From IMG/VR virus record IMGVR_UViG_3300020036_002415, positions 6,316-70,315 of that record: DNA of 64,000 bases, one strand, 5' to 3'. Shown here in pieces: positions 9,725 through 19,700 of the stretch. The position numbers were made by a program, and so were the translations under genes. Numbering within the stretch: the stretch's first letter is position 1; every line of letters starts with the position of its first letter. This stretch comes from a virus (lineage: Duplodnaviria > Caudoviricetes). The notes beneath the pieces were generated by a model that had not been told where the DNA came from, searched no databases, and was given only the letters and a program-made list of their open reading frames with translations.

Positions 9725-10897
9725 TTATCTCCAAACAAAATCTAAGTGACCATTAACGGCTGAGTTTACAGGAGTAGCAACTCCACTAACCCATAACCAA
9801 TATAATGCAGCTCCATCATAAATGCGAGGTAAACTTGGCATTTCAAATTGGAAGTTTCTTTCAGCTCCCACACCTAATGTAGTGATAGGCATTCTTGCCA
9901 ACTCTTTTATTAATGCTGTTGAGTACTCTCCAGACACATAAGAAGTTGAGTTCTGAATAGTGTCAATCTGAGCAATACCTGCATCTCCGCTTTGAAGTGG
10001 CATTGTGAAATTATATTTACCCACGCCTGTTGCTCCAGAATAAAGTATTTGACTATTAGGACAAGCCGTTTTTCCAATTGGTAATACAGTAGGTGTAGCC
10101 CTTGAACCTGTTTGAGTAGAGTTAGTATACCCAATAGATAGGTTTGGAGTAGCAGCCCCAAGTGGAGTAGCATTTGAGTTGAACATTATTGCTTGTAATC
10201 CAGCTCCATTTGTGTAACGTGGAAGTAACCAAGTAATTGTGTGTGTTCCTGTACCAGCATCAGTGATGTTAATAGCAGTTCCTGCCACAGCGTTAGCATA
10301 AGAGGTAGATAAACTAAACGTAGTATCAGATAATCTGATTACATAATAATCTGTAGCTAAAGCAAGTCCAGCTGGAAGTGTTGTAGTTGTTGTTAAACGA
10401 ACTCTTGTTCCAGTTAAGATGTTACTTGGGCTATTTGCAGTTGACGTATAAGTACAAATATCTGTACCAGCATCAGCAGTAAATGTATCTGACTGAGAGA
10501 GTGTGTTTGTTGTAGCTTGAGCTGTAGTTGTGGTAACAGAAGTTAATCTATAGAATCCAACAACATCAACAAGAACTAACCAGCCCGGAGCCATAGTAGC
10601 AGCAGCAGTTACAGCAGAGGCATTAATTAAGTGTTTTGTATAGCCAGCAGCCTGCACATTCCCGCCATGTTGAATACACGAAGCATTTGTAGTTGTATCT
10701 TTTACAGCTTGAAACAAAAGGTTTGTTCCGGCGTTAAAAATAGCATCTGCTCCGGGATTTCCTGCTCCTCTAAAAAGAGTGTGTACCTCGTTAGCAACAG
10801 CTGCTGTAGTAGGTGCTGTATTCTTTGACCAAACAGCTTTATAACTAAGTCCGTTTGTCAATGATTCAATAATCTGATCTCCACTTGCGAATGGCAT
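9725..10897 (-). CDS. Tail-associated structural protein (paralog of 10918..11781, with internal insert)
   Basis: T/A/G-rich; LQSGDAGIAQIDTI and terminal FVWR resemble the neighbouring gene. Confidence 0.6.
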   Translation of the reverse strand: MPFASGDQIIESLTNGLSYKAVWSKNTAPTTAAVANEVHTLFRGAGNPGADAIFNAGTNLLFQAVKDTTTNASCIQHGGNVQAAGYTKHLINASAVTAAATMAPGWLVLVDVVGFYRLTSVTTTTAQATTNTLSQSDTFTADAGTDICTYTSTANSPSNILTGTRVRLTTTTTLPAGLALATDYYVIRLSDTTFSLSTSYANAVAGTAINITDAGTGTHTITWLLPRYTNGAGLQAIMFNSNATPLGAATPNLSIGYTNSTQTGSRATPTVLPIGKTACPNSQILYSGATGVGKYNFTMPLQSGDAGIAQIDTIQNSTSYVSGEYSTALIKELARMPITTLGVGAERNFQFEMPSLPRIYDGAALYWLWVSGVATPVNSAVNGHLDFVWR

Positions 10898-10917
10898 ATA
10901 TTTTTCGTTTTAAATTA

Positions 10918-11781
10918 TTAATCCCAAATTACTTGCATGTATCCACCGTAAGTTGGTACTGAACTGTTTGATGAATTACCTATAAAACCTAAAAAAGCAT
11001 CGTCTTTTATGATAGGTAGTGATCCTTCATGCATTAAAAAATCTTTCTCGAATGGGGCAGCAGAGTTATTTATTACTATCTCAGCTATAGGTTTTACCAA
11101 AATTAATGAAAATAATCCAGTATCAGCTCCAAGCATTGTAACTGATTCAATTGATCTTATACCTGTATCTCCGTTTTGTAAGCTTATAAAATAAGAAGCT
11201 GATTGAGTTAATGATCCTCCGGTTGCCATTGAACCAAGAAGTGTATTATTTCCCGTTGCCGCAACTTGATAACAAGGATTACTTACTCTACCAGCAACAC
11301 CTTGGGAGTTGGTATAATTAATTGTAAATCCAGCTCCGCCAGATCTTGTAGCTATTGAAACAGCAATAGCCATTACTCCTTCGCCATCTGTATATCTCGG
11401 AAGAGTTACTGTATTGTCAAATACTTGAGGATCTAAAACTCCATCTTCAATTGTAGGATAATATAATAAGTAATCCATTAGTATCAACATGCTTGGAAGT
11501 GTGCCTCCTTGGTTATTTAATAATGATAATTTTCTTAGGTATTTAGTACTCGGAGAAACATTTGCGCCGTGAAATAATCCACCATCAGTTGATTGGTAAA
11601 CAGCTTTTGCAACAAGAGGAGGCGCGTCAAACCAATATTTAGATACAGGATTTCCAGAAGCTGATGATAAATCAAAGAACCATCCAGATTGATAAGAAGC
11701 TGATGAAATCTTACGAAAGTTATAGGTACGAGTTTTGCCTTGTAATTCGGCATCTACCACTTCTCCTATTGACTTAAACAT
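10918..11781 (-). CDS. Tail-associated structural protein
   Basis: LQNGDTGIRSIESV and terminal VIWD; tail block. Confidence 0.6.
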   Translation of the reverse strand: MFKSIGEVVDAELQGKTRTYNFRKISSASYQSGWFFDLSSASGNPVSKYWFDAPPLVAKAVYQSTDGGLFHGANVSPSTKYLRKLSLLNNQGGTLPSMLILMDYLLYYPTIEDGVLDPQVFDNTVTLPRYTDGEGVMAIAVSIATRSGGAGFTINYTNSQGVAGRVSNPCYQVAATGNNTLLGSMATGGSLTQSASYFISLQNGDTGIRSIESVTMLGADTGLFSLILVKPIAEIVINNSAAPFEKDFLMHEGSLPIIKDDAFLGFIGNSSNSSVPTYGGYMQVIWD

Positions 11782-11786
11782 CGTAA

Positions 11787-12005
11787 TTACATTTTACAGT
11801 TACCTGTTCCCTGAGCAGTCGCAGACATATCTGTAACTATTGAACATCTTTTTAACCGGTAATATTTTCTTCCAAAGAACGCGCAGAATTTCTCAAATTT
11901 AGAAATAGGATCTCTCTCTACTTCTTCAAAACAGTCGCATCCTCTCATTATCGGACTATCCTTAACCACAAGGGCTAAAGTTCCACATCTACTACATTTA
12001 TACAT
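11787..12005 (-). CDS. Small Cys-rich protein
   Basis: CSRC...CDC motifs; coupled within the tail block. Confidence 0.55.
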   Translation of the reverse strand: MYKCSRCGTLALVVKDSPIMRGCDCFEEVERDPISKFEKFCAFFGRKYYRLKRCSIVTDMSATAQGTGNCKM

Positions 12006-12008
12006 AAA

Positions 12009-12419
12009 TTAATCTTCGGTTACTACAAGAGCGCCAATTGCGAATTGTGGCTGGATACCAGATGAAACGTTACGAGGAGCAGTTAATGCACCACTGTAGA
12101 AAATCTGACCAGCGCCAGAAGCTGTCTCAACTATTGCTACGTGAGTTACAGTTTCAGATCCACCAGAACATTCAACAAACTGAATAAGCCCAGTATTACT
12201 TGATGATCCACCAGCTGCTGCTGTAAAGCCAGTTGCTGCAACTACAGCTACTCGTGCATACGCACCAAAAGCACATTCGTTTGTTGTAGCTGTTCCGGCC
12301 TCACCCGGATCTGCTGTATACAAAGCAATGTATCTATTAGCGTTAGCTCTCCATGAAGGATCTACAGCTCTTAGAATAGCGTTTAATGTATCGTTTTCTG
12401 TTGTGTTTGATTTACTCAT
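12009..12419 (-). CDS. Phage tail-fibre-associated small beta protein
   Basis: YIALYTADPGE...YARVAV...TVTHVAI...GAL pattern. Confidence 0.65.
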   Translation of the reverse strand: MSKSNTTENDTLNAILRAVDPSWRANANRYIALYTADPGEAGTATTNECAFGAYARVAVVAATGFTAAAGGSSSNTGLIQFVECSGGSETVTHVAIVETASGAGQIFYSGALTAPRNVSSGIQPQFAIGALVVTED

Positions 12420-12440
12420 TACTAAGTGTTTTAAATTTAA

Positions 12441-12647
12441 TTACCCCCAACCTGAAGGAAAATAAGATCTACCCGTTCCGCCTCCACCTCCGCTTGAAGC
12501 GATTGTGATTGTAGTTACATCGTTTGCTTCACTATCAGTAGCGGTTATGGTTACATTGGTTCCTTCAACAAAATCAATTGTCTTTCTAGCTGGAAACGTA
12601 GTACCATCTTTCCTTATTTTCGGATATATAGGCTTCGGTGCTTGCAT
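12441..12647 (-). CDS. Small structural/hypothetical protein
   Basis: IDFVEGTNVTITAT...SSGGGGG pattern. Confidence 0.55.
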   Translation of the reverse strand: MQAPKPIYPKIRKDGTTFPARKTIDFVEGTNVTITATDSEANDVTTITIASSGGGGGTGRSYFPSGWG

Positions 12648-12667
12648 TATTATTCTTAAACTTTTGT

Positions 12668-12698
12668 CAAAGTTAGTTATTTAAAACCAAACAGGCAA
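12668..12698 (-). promoter_or_regulatory. Bacteroidota-type promoter
   Basis: Minus strand TTG-N20-TAACTTTG upstream of 12647. Confidence 0.6.
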
Positions 12699-12713
12699 GA
12701 ATACTTGATTTAT

Positions 12714-12920
12714 TTAGTTAAACAAAAACTTTATGCCATTGATAATAGCCGTTGTTATAGCTATAAAAACAGCACCTATAGATGTGTACCACTTTTTTTC
12801 AAGCGTGCGCACCCTTTTTTCATGGTCTATTTTATGCTCTAGAACTGAATCCATCTTTGTTTCTAGTCTAGCTTGACCTAATTCAATAGCATTCAACTTA
12901 TTTAAGATCTCTTGACTCAT
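12714..12920 (-). CDS. XhlA-like coiled-coil plus TM protein (holin/antiholin-like)
   Basis: LETKMD...RVRTLEKK coiled coil followed by a C-terminal TM. Confidence 0.6.
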   Translation of the reverse strand: MSQEILNKLNAIELGQARLETKMDSVLEHKIDHEKRVRTLEKKWYTSIGAVFIAITTAIINGIKFLFN

Positions 12921-12921
12921 G

Positions 12922-13890
12922 TTAGTCTTGAATAACAGTTACAATAATTCTTAATCCGTTAGCAGTATATGTTCCGGTTCCTCTTGAGATCATACTTAAG
13001 TATATAGTATCAGAAGCATCTCCTTTAACACCAATACCTAAGTTATTCTTTGTAGCAACAGTGCTATTAATAACATCTAAGTAGTCTCCAGAAGCAACTC
13101 TAATCATACCAAGAATCTCTTCAGCATTTGTATCAGTAATATTCGGAACAGCGTTCTTTGTTCCAAGAGAAACGTTTGTTCTAAATATCACAATATCAAG
13201 ACCTTGTGATTGCTTGTCTTTATCTAATATAGTTATAGATTGAAGAATACCGGTTCCATTGGTTCCACTTAGTATTGATGTTAGGGCTACAGTATCTGTC
13301 AATACATCTCCAGAAACGTATGCAGAGGTATCAAGAGTCATGTTTGTCTCAACATAACCATTTGCCCCAACTGTAATAAGTCTTCCTTTTTGGTCAACAG
13401 CTATAGGTGAATAATCACCGCTTGTTGAGGCAAAGCTAGCTAAAGAGTCATTTCTAACAGCAAGCGCCATTATACCGTGATCTCCAGAAACGTGAGGTTG
13501 ATCTTCTCCTATTGTTAATAGATTAATATTAGTGTCAATATCAGTAATAGATGTGTCAAAATTTGCATCACCAAGCCAAGTAGTAATATCATTCATGGCA
13601 ACCTGAACGCCGGCTGCTGAGTTAGACCATGTGCCTTGATTCTGTACATCAGCTAAATCAAACTCAAGAGCTGGATTGACGTTAGAATTAGAGGCGTGTC
13701 TAAGTAAGATAACATAAGAGATATCTTTTTTAGCTATAGGAGATGATGTATTTTTCTTAACCTTTTTAAAATAAACACCAAGACCGTCCTTGCTAACATT
13801 CTGCCATGACAACCCATCAAAACTGTACGAGATGTGATTATTCCAATCAAGAGCTACATCTACACCATTTGCTACCCAAATTCCTGCCAT
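12922..13890 (-). CDS. Structural/tail-fibre-like protein
   Basis: EDQPHVSGDHGIMALAVRND...GDYSPIAVDQKGRL module; beta-rich C-terminus. Confidence 0.55.
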   Translation of the reverse strand: MAGIWVANGVDVALDWNNHISYSFDGLSWQNVSKDGLGVYFKKVKKNTSSPIAKKDISYVILLRHASNSNVNPALEFDLADVQNQGTWSNSAAGVQVAMNDITTWLGDANFDTSITDIDTNINLLTIGEDQPHVSGDHGIMALAVRNDSLASFASTSGDYSPIAVDQKGRLITVGANGYVETNMTLDTSAYVSGDVLTDTVALTSILSGTNGTGILQSITILDKDKQSQGLDIVIFRTNVSLGTKNAVPNITDTNAEEILGMIRVASGDYLDVINSTVATKNNLGIGVKGDASDTIYLSMISRGTGTYTANGLRIIVTVIQD

Positions 13891-13906
13891 AATTTATTTT
13901 TTTATA

Positions 13907-14482
13907 TTAAGCTAATATAGGAGCAGTCACTCCATCTACAGAATTACCAAGTTCTATTGGATACCATTCTGTTCCACCCCATTGCAATATAGCGAAATCA
14001 CCAGCATCTGTAAAAGTGATAGTTGTTCCACCGGCTAAGTTAACAGGAGTCAATGTAGATGATCCACCATCGACAACTAAATGTATTTTCTTAATCTGAC
14101 CAATAGTAACACCATCAATAAGTGTGATAGCATCCGCACCTAATGATGTAACAGCACTATAGTACTCAGTGATTGTGATTGCTCCAGATCCTGAAATTCT
14201 CTGCTCAGATGCAATAGGAGCGCTAGGAGTAATGCATGATCCAGATCCTTGAATCTTACTTCCAGTTAATATATTGAATGTATCAGAGGTTAAAGAAAAA
14301 TCTTTAGCACCATTAACATACATATCTAATGTATCATCTGTAGTTGCCTCAAAATACGTATCTCCATCGGCATCAAACTTTACACCACCAGCAGTTCCAT
14401 TAACATCAACTGTTCCGTTCTTTAAAGCAACGCCGTCGATAACCATTCCATTGCCGTCTGTATTGTATTGTACTAATCCCAT
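13907..14482 (-). CDS. Structural/tail-fibre-like protein
   Basis: DADGDTY...DDTLD repeat; G/T-rich beta C-domain. Confidence 0.55.
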   Translation of the reverse strand: MGLVQYNTDGNGMVIDGVALKNGTVDVNGTAGGVKFDADGDTYFEATTDDTLDMYVNGAKDFSLTSDTFNILTGSKIQGSGSCITPSAPIASEQRISGSGAITITEYYSAVTSLGADAITLIDGVTIGQIKKIHLVVDGGSSTLTPVNLAGGTTITFTDAGDFAILQWGGTEWYPIELGNSVDGVTAPILA

Positions 14483-14502
14483 TTTATATCTTTTTTAATT
14501 TT

Positions 14503-15153
14503 TTAAGCTAATTTGCAAACACATTCAAAGTGAACATTTATAATATAACTACCATTCTTCATTTGTAAGTTAGTTTCCCCTATGCTGATTAGGTTTAATC
14601 CAGCAGTTGTTGAAAATACAGCACAACCAACACCATTAGGTATCTCAGTAGTAGCTGTTGATGTAAATATAGCAATCGGAACCCTTTGAATCATAGGATC
14701 TATAAGCTTTGTTCCAGCAAACCAACTGCTTCCACCAAAAGCAGGAAATCTAAAATTCAAATTAACTGAATCTGTTAATGCATCAATAGTTACGTTTGAA
14801 ACTATCTGGGCTTTAATAACAACAGCATCCTCAGATATTATCTTGTAAGTCATGTCTATTGTTGTGCTATTGTTTACAGCAGTTCCAGCCCAAGTAACAA
14901 GAGTCATTCCTGTTTCATCAACATCAACCCAAGGATCATTAGGAATAGTGACAGGAGCTGGAGTAGCTGCTGCATTTATTAAATCTATTAGATCACAGAA
15001 TTTTCCACCGAATGCCTCAATAACATCATTTAAGTCGGCTCCAGCAGGAAGATCAACGCAGTTTAAATTAGACCCATCATACAACGAAACATCGCTAGTA
15101 TGTATAGATAATCCTAATTGTCTTGGTCTTTTATAGTTTTCGCAATTTGCCAT
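14503..15153 (-). CDS. Tail fibre/spike-like protein
   Basis: Cys-containing N-terminal attachment-like segment plus beta-rich C-domain. Confidence 0.55.
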   Translation of the reverse strand: MANCENYKRPRQLGLSIHTSDVSLYDGSNLNCVDLPAGADLNDVIEAFGGKFCDLIDLINAAATPAPVTIPNDPWVDVDETGMTLVTWAGTAVNNSTTIDMTYKIISEDAVVIKAQIVSNVTIDALTDSVNLNFRFPAFGGSSWFAGTKLIDPMIQRVPIAIFTSTATTEIPNGVGCAVFSTTAGLNLISIGETNLQMKNGSYIINVHFECVCKLA

Positions 15154-15389
15154 TAGCAGCAGTTATTTAGTCCTTTAGTCATTTTACCAATAAGGCAATC
15201 TTGATCGCATTTGCCAAGATTTACCATCCCTGTACAGTCTATCATATCAGCTATGATATATCTAGCCATAACGTCAGCCCACTTATCTCTGCACCCTAAA
15301 CCGAAAACATCAGCGCGCGCAAGACGGCTAACTTTTTTAGCTATATAGGCTTTAGCTACTTCAGTTTCTATACCATCAATTATCGGCAT
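15153..15389 (-). CDS. Small Cys-rich tail-hub-like protein
   Basis: Cys-rich; coupled between tail genes. Confidence 0.5.
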   Translation of the reverse strand: MPIIDGIETEVAKAYIAKKVSRLARADVFGLGCRDKWADVMARYIIADMIDCTGMVNLGKCDQDCLIGKMTKGLNNCC

Positions 15390-16645
15390 CCGCAGATTTT
15401 ATAAATCAAGTTAAATATATCAACAACTTCGTGCCAAGCATTTCTGTTAACAGCGTATCCTACTTCATCTATAAGTATTCTTAACTTTATAGTATTAAGT
15501 AGCTTCTTGTTTTTACAAAGAACGTCATCATTACAGAAGTCTTCAGTTATAGCGCAGAAAGCATCTCTAGTTAGTTCTTGGTAACACTTGTAAGTGTTTA
15601 AACACAATACAGCTATCTTAGCACAAGTGCAATATCTAGTAAGGTATTCGTCAGCAGGATCTGTTAACTCGTAAAGCTCCCAATAAACACTATCAACCTC
15701 ATCAGGAAGATTGCCGGTAGAATTTTGTAGCAATTTATACAACTCTCCATTGTAGAAAACTATCACAGTATTTGTAGTTTCGTAAGCATATCTAGCTCCC
15801 CAAGTAGGGTAATTGCACATATCGAAAATATAAACACCATCTTTATCTACATCTGGATCAAGAAGGTAATAAAAAGAATCATTGTTAGACGATGCAGGGA
15901 ATATTGATTGATCTACTGTTAAATCATCAAAAGCAATTGATGACATATAGTAATATTCTCCGGTTGGTTTTGTTATTCTTATAAATCTATAATCAGAAAA
16001 ATCAGATCTTGAGTGACCAACTTCACCGTTATCGTAAGTTGAGCTGTCAATCATCTCTATATGAGAGCATTCATCATCAACAGTAACGTTAAGTATGCCA
16101 TCTAAATCGACAAAGCTAGTTGCAAATCTACCTGTTGCTGTAGGACTTGCTATAGTAACAGGAAAGCCTTCAGATTCTGAACGATATTTACTCTGAAGAG
16201 TGCTGCGTGTTTTTATAGCCCAATCTGGATTACCGACAGCAGGAGTAGATGTAACAGATGCGTTAACTGATTGCCATAATGTATTTTGATAGAAAACTGT
16301 ATCAGCTCCAGTTATAGCAGACCCATAAGACTCTTCATCAGACCACGCTGGAACTGAATATAAGTTTACATAATAAGTACCTGATGGATCTGAATCAGTT
16401 AAAACTAATGCAGTGTCTAATATATTTAGACTTGCTGAAGGTATAGCCGTATCAGCGCCGGGTTGATTTGAAATTACATGAACAGTTGAATCGGGTTTCT
16501 CGATTCTAACCATGTAGTAAGAGTCCTGATTGAACCTAGCTAAAGAGTGTTCCGGCTCGCCATTTGCAACATAGTCGGTTAAGTCAGCTATTAATATAGC
16601 TTGTTCTGTTGGGTCGTAACTGAAATCTAGTACCGCTTGAAACAT
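15380..16645 (-). CDS. Tail hub/fibre protein with two carbohydrate-binding-like repeats
   Basis: VFYQNTLWQS...P..W and VFYNGELYKL...P...YWEL repeats; Cys-rich C-terminus. Confidence 0.55.
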   Translation of the reverse strand: MFQAVLDFSYDPTEQAILIADLTDYVANGEPEHSLARFNQDSYYMVRIEKPDSTVHVISNQPGADTAIPSASLNILDTALVLTDSDPSGTYYVNLYSVPAWSDEESYGSAITGADTVFYQNTLWQSVNASVTSTPAVGNPDWAIKTRSTLQSKYRSESEGFPVTIASPTATGRFATSFVDLDGILNVTVDDECSHIEMIDSSTYDNGEVGHSRSDFSDYRFIRITKPTGEYYYMSSIAFDDLTVDQSIFPASSNNDSFYYLLDPDVDKDGVYIFDMCNYPTWGARYAYETTNTVIVFYNGELYKLLQNSTGNLPDEVDSVYWELYELTDPADEYLTRYCTCAKIAVLCLNTYKCYQELTRDAFCAITEDFCNDDVLCKNKKLLNTIKLRILIDEVGYAVNRNAWHEVVDIFNLIYKICGCR

Positions 16646-16649
16646 GAGA

Positions 16650-16657
16650 CAAATATA
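16650..16657 (-). promoter_or_regulatory. Bacteroidota -7 promoter element
   Basis: TATATTTG on the minus strand, 4 nt before the ATG of 15380..16645. Confidence 0.55.
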
Positions 16658-16700
16658 GTAATTTAATTTATAAAAAAAGCTTTTCTGGTTTTATTTATTT

Positions 16701-19700
16701 TTATCTAGACCTACTTCTATCGCCACCGCCTCTATTTCCTCCGCCTCTATTGCTTCCTCTTGAGTTAGATGAACTTGCTTCAGCTTTCTTTTCTTGCTCT
16801 TTTTGCTCTTCAGTAGCAGCTCCACCAATCGAATTCAAATTGCCATCTCTAGCTATTATAGCTTCAAACCTGTCAATCAATCTATTAGCTTCAATTCTAT
16901 ACTTCTCAGCATAAAGATCTTTTTGAGCATCAGTGTCAGATTCCTTATAATGCTTGTATATATTATTAAGCTCATCGAATTCCTTATTATTACTCTTCAT
17001 TCCCTTCTCTCCCATAATCTGGTCAAGTTTTTGGAATGTAGCTGAGTTTTTAGTAGGAGACTCTGTAATTAAACCTGTGTGTTTCTTTTTTAAGACTTCA
17101 AGCGGCTCAAAATAATCGCCATCTTCATCATTAATAGTCTCGTAGGCATTAAGGAACATATTTCCCCAATCAGAGAAAGCTTTAGATGTAAATTGATCCA
17201 CATACCTAGGATCTACTCCAATAAACTCACTAAAATCTTTACTGAAGCTTGAAGAGTATTTAGTATTTCTTAAGTTAACATCAAGATTCTTTTCGTATGA
17301 AGGAATGATATCTTTCCCTCTAAACTCATCTCTACCTGTATATAATTGAGCTATAGGATTATCTAATAACATTCCCGGCTTAAAGAACGGAGGAAGCATA
17401 CCTTCCAATGATTCACCAAACCCAGACCAAGCATATTCATTTCCGTTGGCTGAGGCATAGGCTCTAGACATAATAGAAGAAAGCATACCATATTCAAATG
17501 GCTTAGGAACCCGGAACCAGCTATTATCAGCTATTTTAAAAGACCAGAAAGTGTCTTTCATATATCCGGGTTGATTATACAACTCATCATCGTCATCATT
17601 GGCAGCAGACCATGCAGCTTCAGCTGTTGTAGCTATAGCAGACCAAATAACCCATCTTCCTAAAATTCTAGATAAAGCAGCTTTTTTGCCACCTTTTTCA
17701 GCTCCGGTAAAAGTTTTAGCTGATCTATTCCATCCTTGTATAGAAGGATTATTGAACATAAACAATTTATTCAATACACCCATATTAGACCCGGCTACAG
17801 TAAAGTCCATTAAGTCTTTAGCTTCAAAAGCAGCAGCGGTTCTAGCGTGGTGAGTAGCATGAAGCTTAGCATCTGTTTCGTTCATGCCTTCTTTTATAAA
17901 TTGCTCGTAGTTTTTCTTGTACTCAATAGCAAATACTTTTTTAAACTCAGCAATCCTGTTAACATTCTCAGCGCTAGACAACATTCCAAGCCAGCCTCTT
18001 CTTATAGATCCGGGTGTAACTTTAGATCCAAATTTAAACAAAACACTTCTTCCGTCATGCTTAAATTCATCTTGAAGTTCTTTTAATACAGCATAGTATT
18101 TCTTAGCGCTTCTGTGATACCATCCAGACATTGTGCCACCATATAACTCTAAAATACTTGCATCTGAATCGGCAACATTTTTCTCTAGTTTAAATAGCTT
18201 GGCTTTTTCATCTGAAGTCAACCCTACGCTTCTTTGTTTTGTTTTAAGCTGAGATATCTTGATAGAAGTTCTAACGTGTTGAAGAAACTCTTTAGGTAAA
18301 GATGCTGTTTCAGATAAAGCAGTTTTTATATCAGCAGCATCTCTTTTATATCTTGATACAAATGGACGAGTAAATGTATCCCTTATGATGTTTCTGTTCA
18401 AGAATCCGGGAGTAGAAGTAAGGAATGCTTTTGGAAGCTTATTAGTAATTGTACTAATCAATTCAACTATAAAATCAACAACAGGATTTCCAGTAACAGA
18501 TGGAGAATTCATAGCATCTATAACATAAGCTATATCTTCGCTTACAAAAACAGTTTTAAATTCACCATTCTCAAAATAAGATATAGGCTTTAACCCATCG
18601 TGCTGCTCAGTAAATATTTCAGTTCCTCCAGTTTTATCACCTAACTGTTTCAATCCACCAACAAAAGATGATATAGCATGGTTTCTATCACCTTCGTAAT
18701 AAGACTCCATTATAAGCTCAAGTAAGCTAGCGTATGGGTTCTCTATCTTTTCTTCACTTCCTTCTCTCTTATGAACCTCTTGTGCCTTTCTTTGAGTTGA
18801 TTGTTTTTTACGAATGACATCAGTATTCCTTTCTTCAAGATCTCTGAATAAGGCAACGTAGTTATCCTGACCTTCTGATATTTCTTTGTATCGTTTTTCA
18901 GTAATCAATCCTTTATCGTATCTATATTTAACAGTCTGTAAAGCCATTTCTTGCCATCTACTAGCAGACTCAATTATGACTTTATGTAGATCAGGATTTG
19001 ATTTTTTTATGTCCTCTATTACCTCTATTTGTTTACGAACTACTTCATCGGTGAATTTTCCGCCAAGCTTATTAGTTATAATGTCTATATTTCCTTTAGA
19101 GTCGATCTCATACACAACTCCTTTAGCTATCAAATAGCTTGAAACGTAGTCTGATATCTTACTAACACCTCCGCCCATCTCTTCAAACAACCACTTGAAG
19201 TTCATTAAATTACCAGACTTAGTGATAACTCTGTTTCCAAATTTATCAACAAGACCCATTGATGTTAAATTCTTAAATCTGTTTTGAGAAAAGTTAGACA
19301 TATTACGAATCAAGGTGTACGGATTGTTTCCGGCTAGAAACTCAACACCTCTTTTTTTCATAAATTTAACTGTAGCTCCAAGCGCTCCTGTTTTTTCAGC
19401 TACAGATGTGTGGAGATAAGTCCACCAACCCATAGATATTCTTCCTTTGTTGTCGTTAACCCTAGATTCACCCTTACCTCTAAGAACATCACGAATTCCA
19501 TTAAGTATTCCATTAGTCTTGGTTATAACTCTATTGTGCCACTTGTCTCTCTGTAGGTACTGTTCTACGTAAGCTTGGTTATTATAAAGCAACTCCATTA
19601 ACTCTTCTTGAGGAAGAGAATCTAATACAGCAAAATCAAAACCAAATTCAGCTACAGCTTTCTTAACGTCAGCGGAAACCTTAGATTCATATAATGCAGT

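Noticed and set aside
8780-16645. Diversity-generating retroelement acting on tail genes
   Set aside because: No reverse transcriptase and no near-identical template/variable repeat pair differing at adenines were seen.
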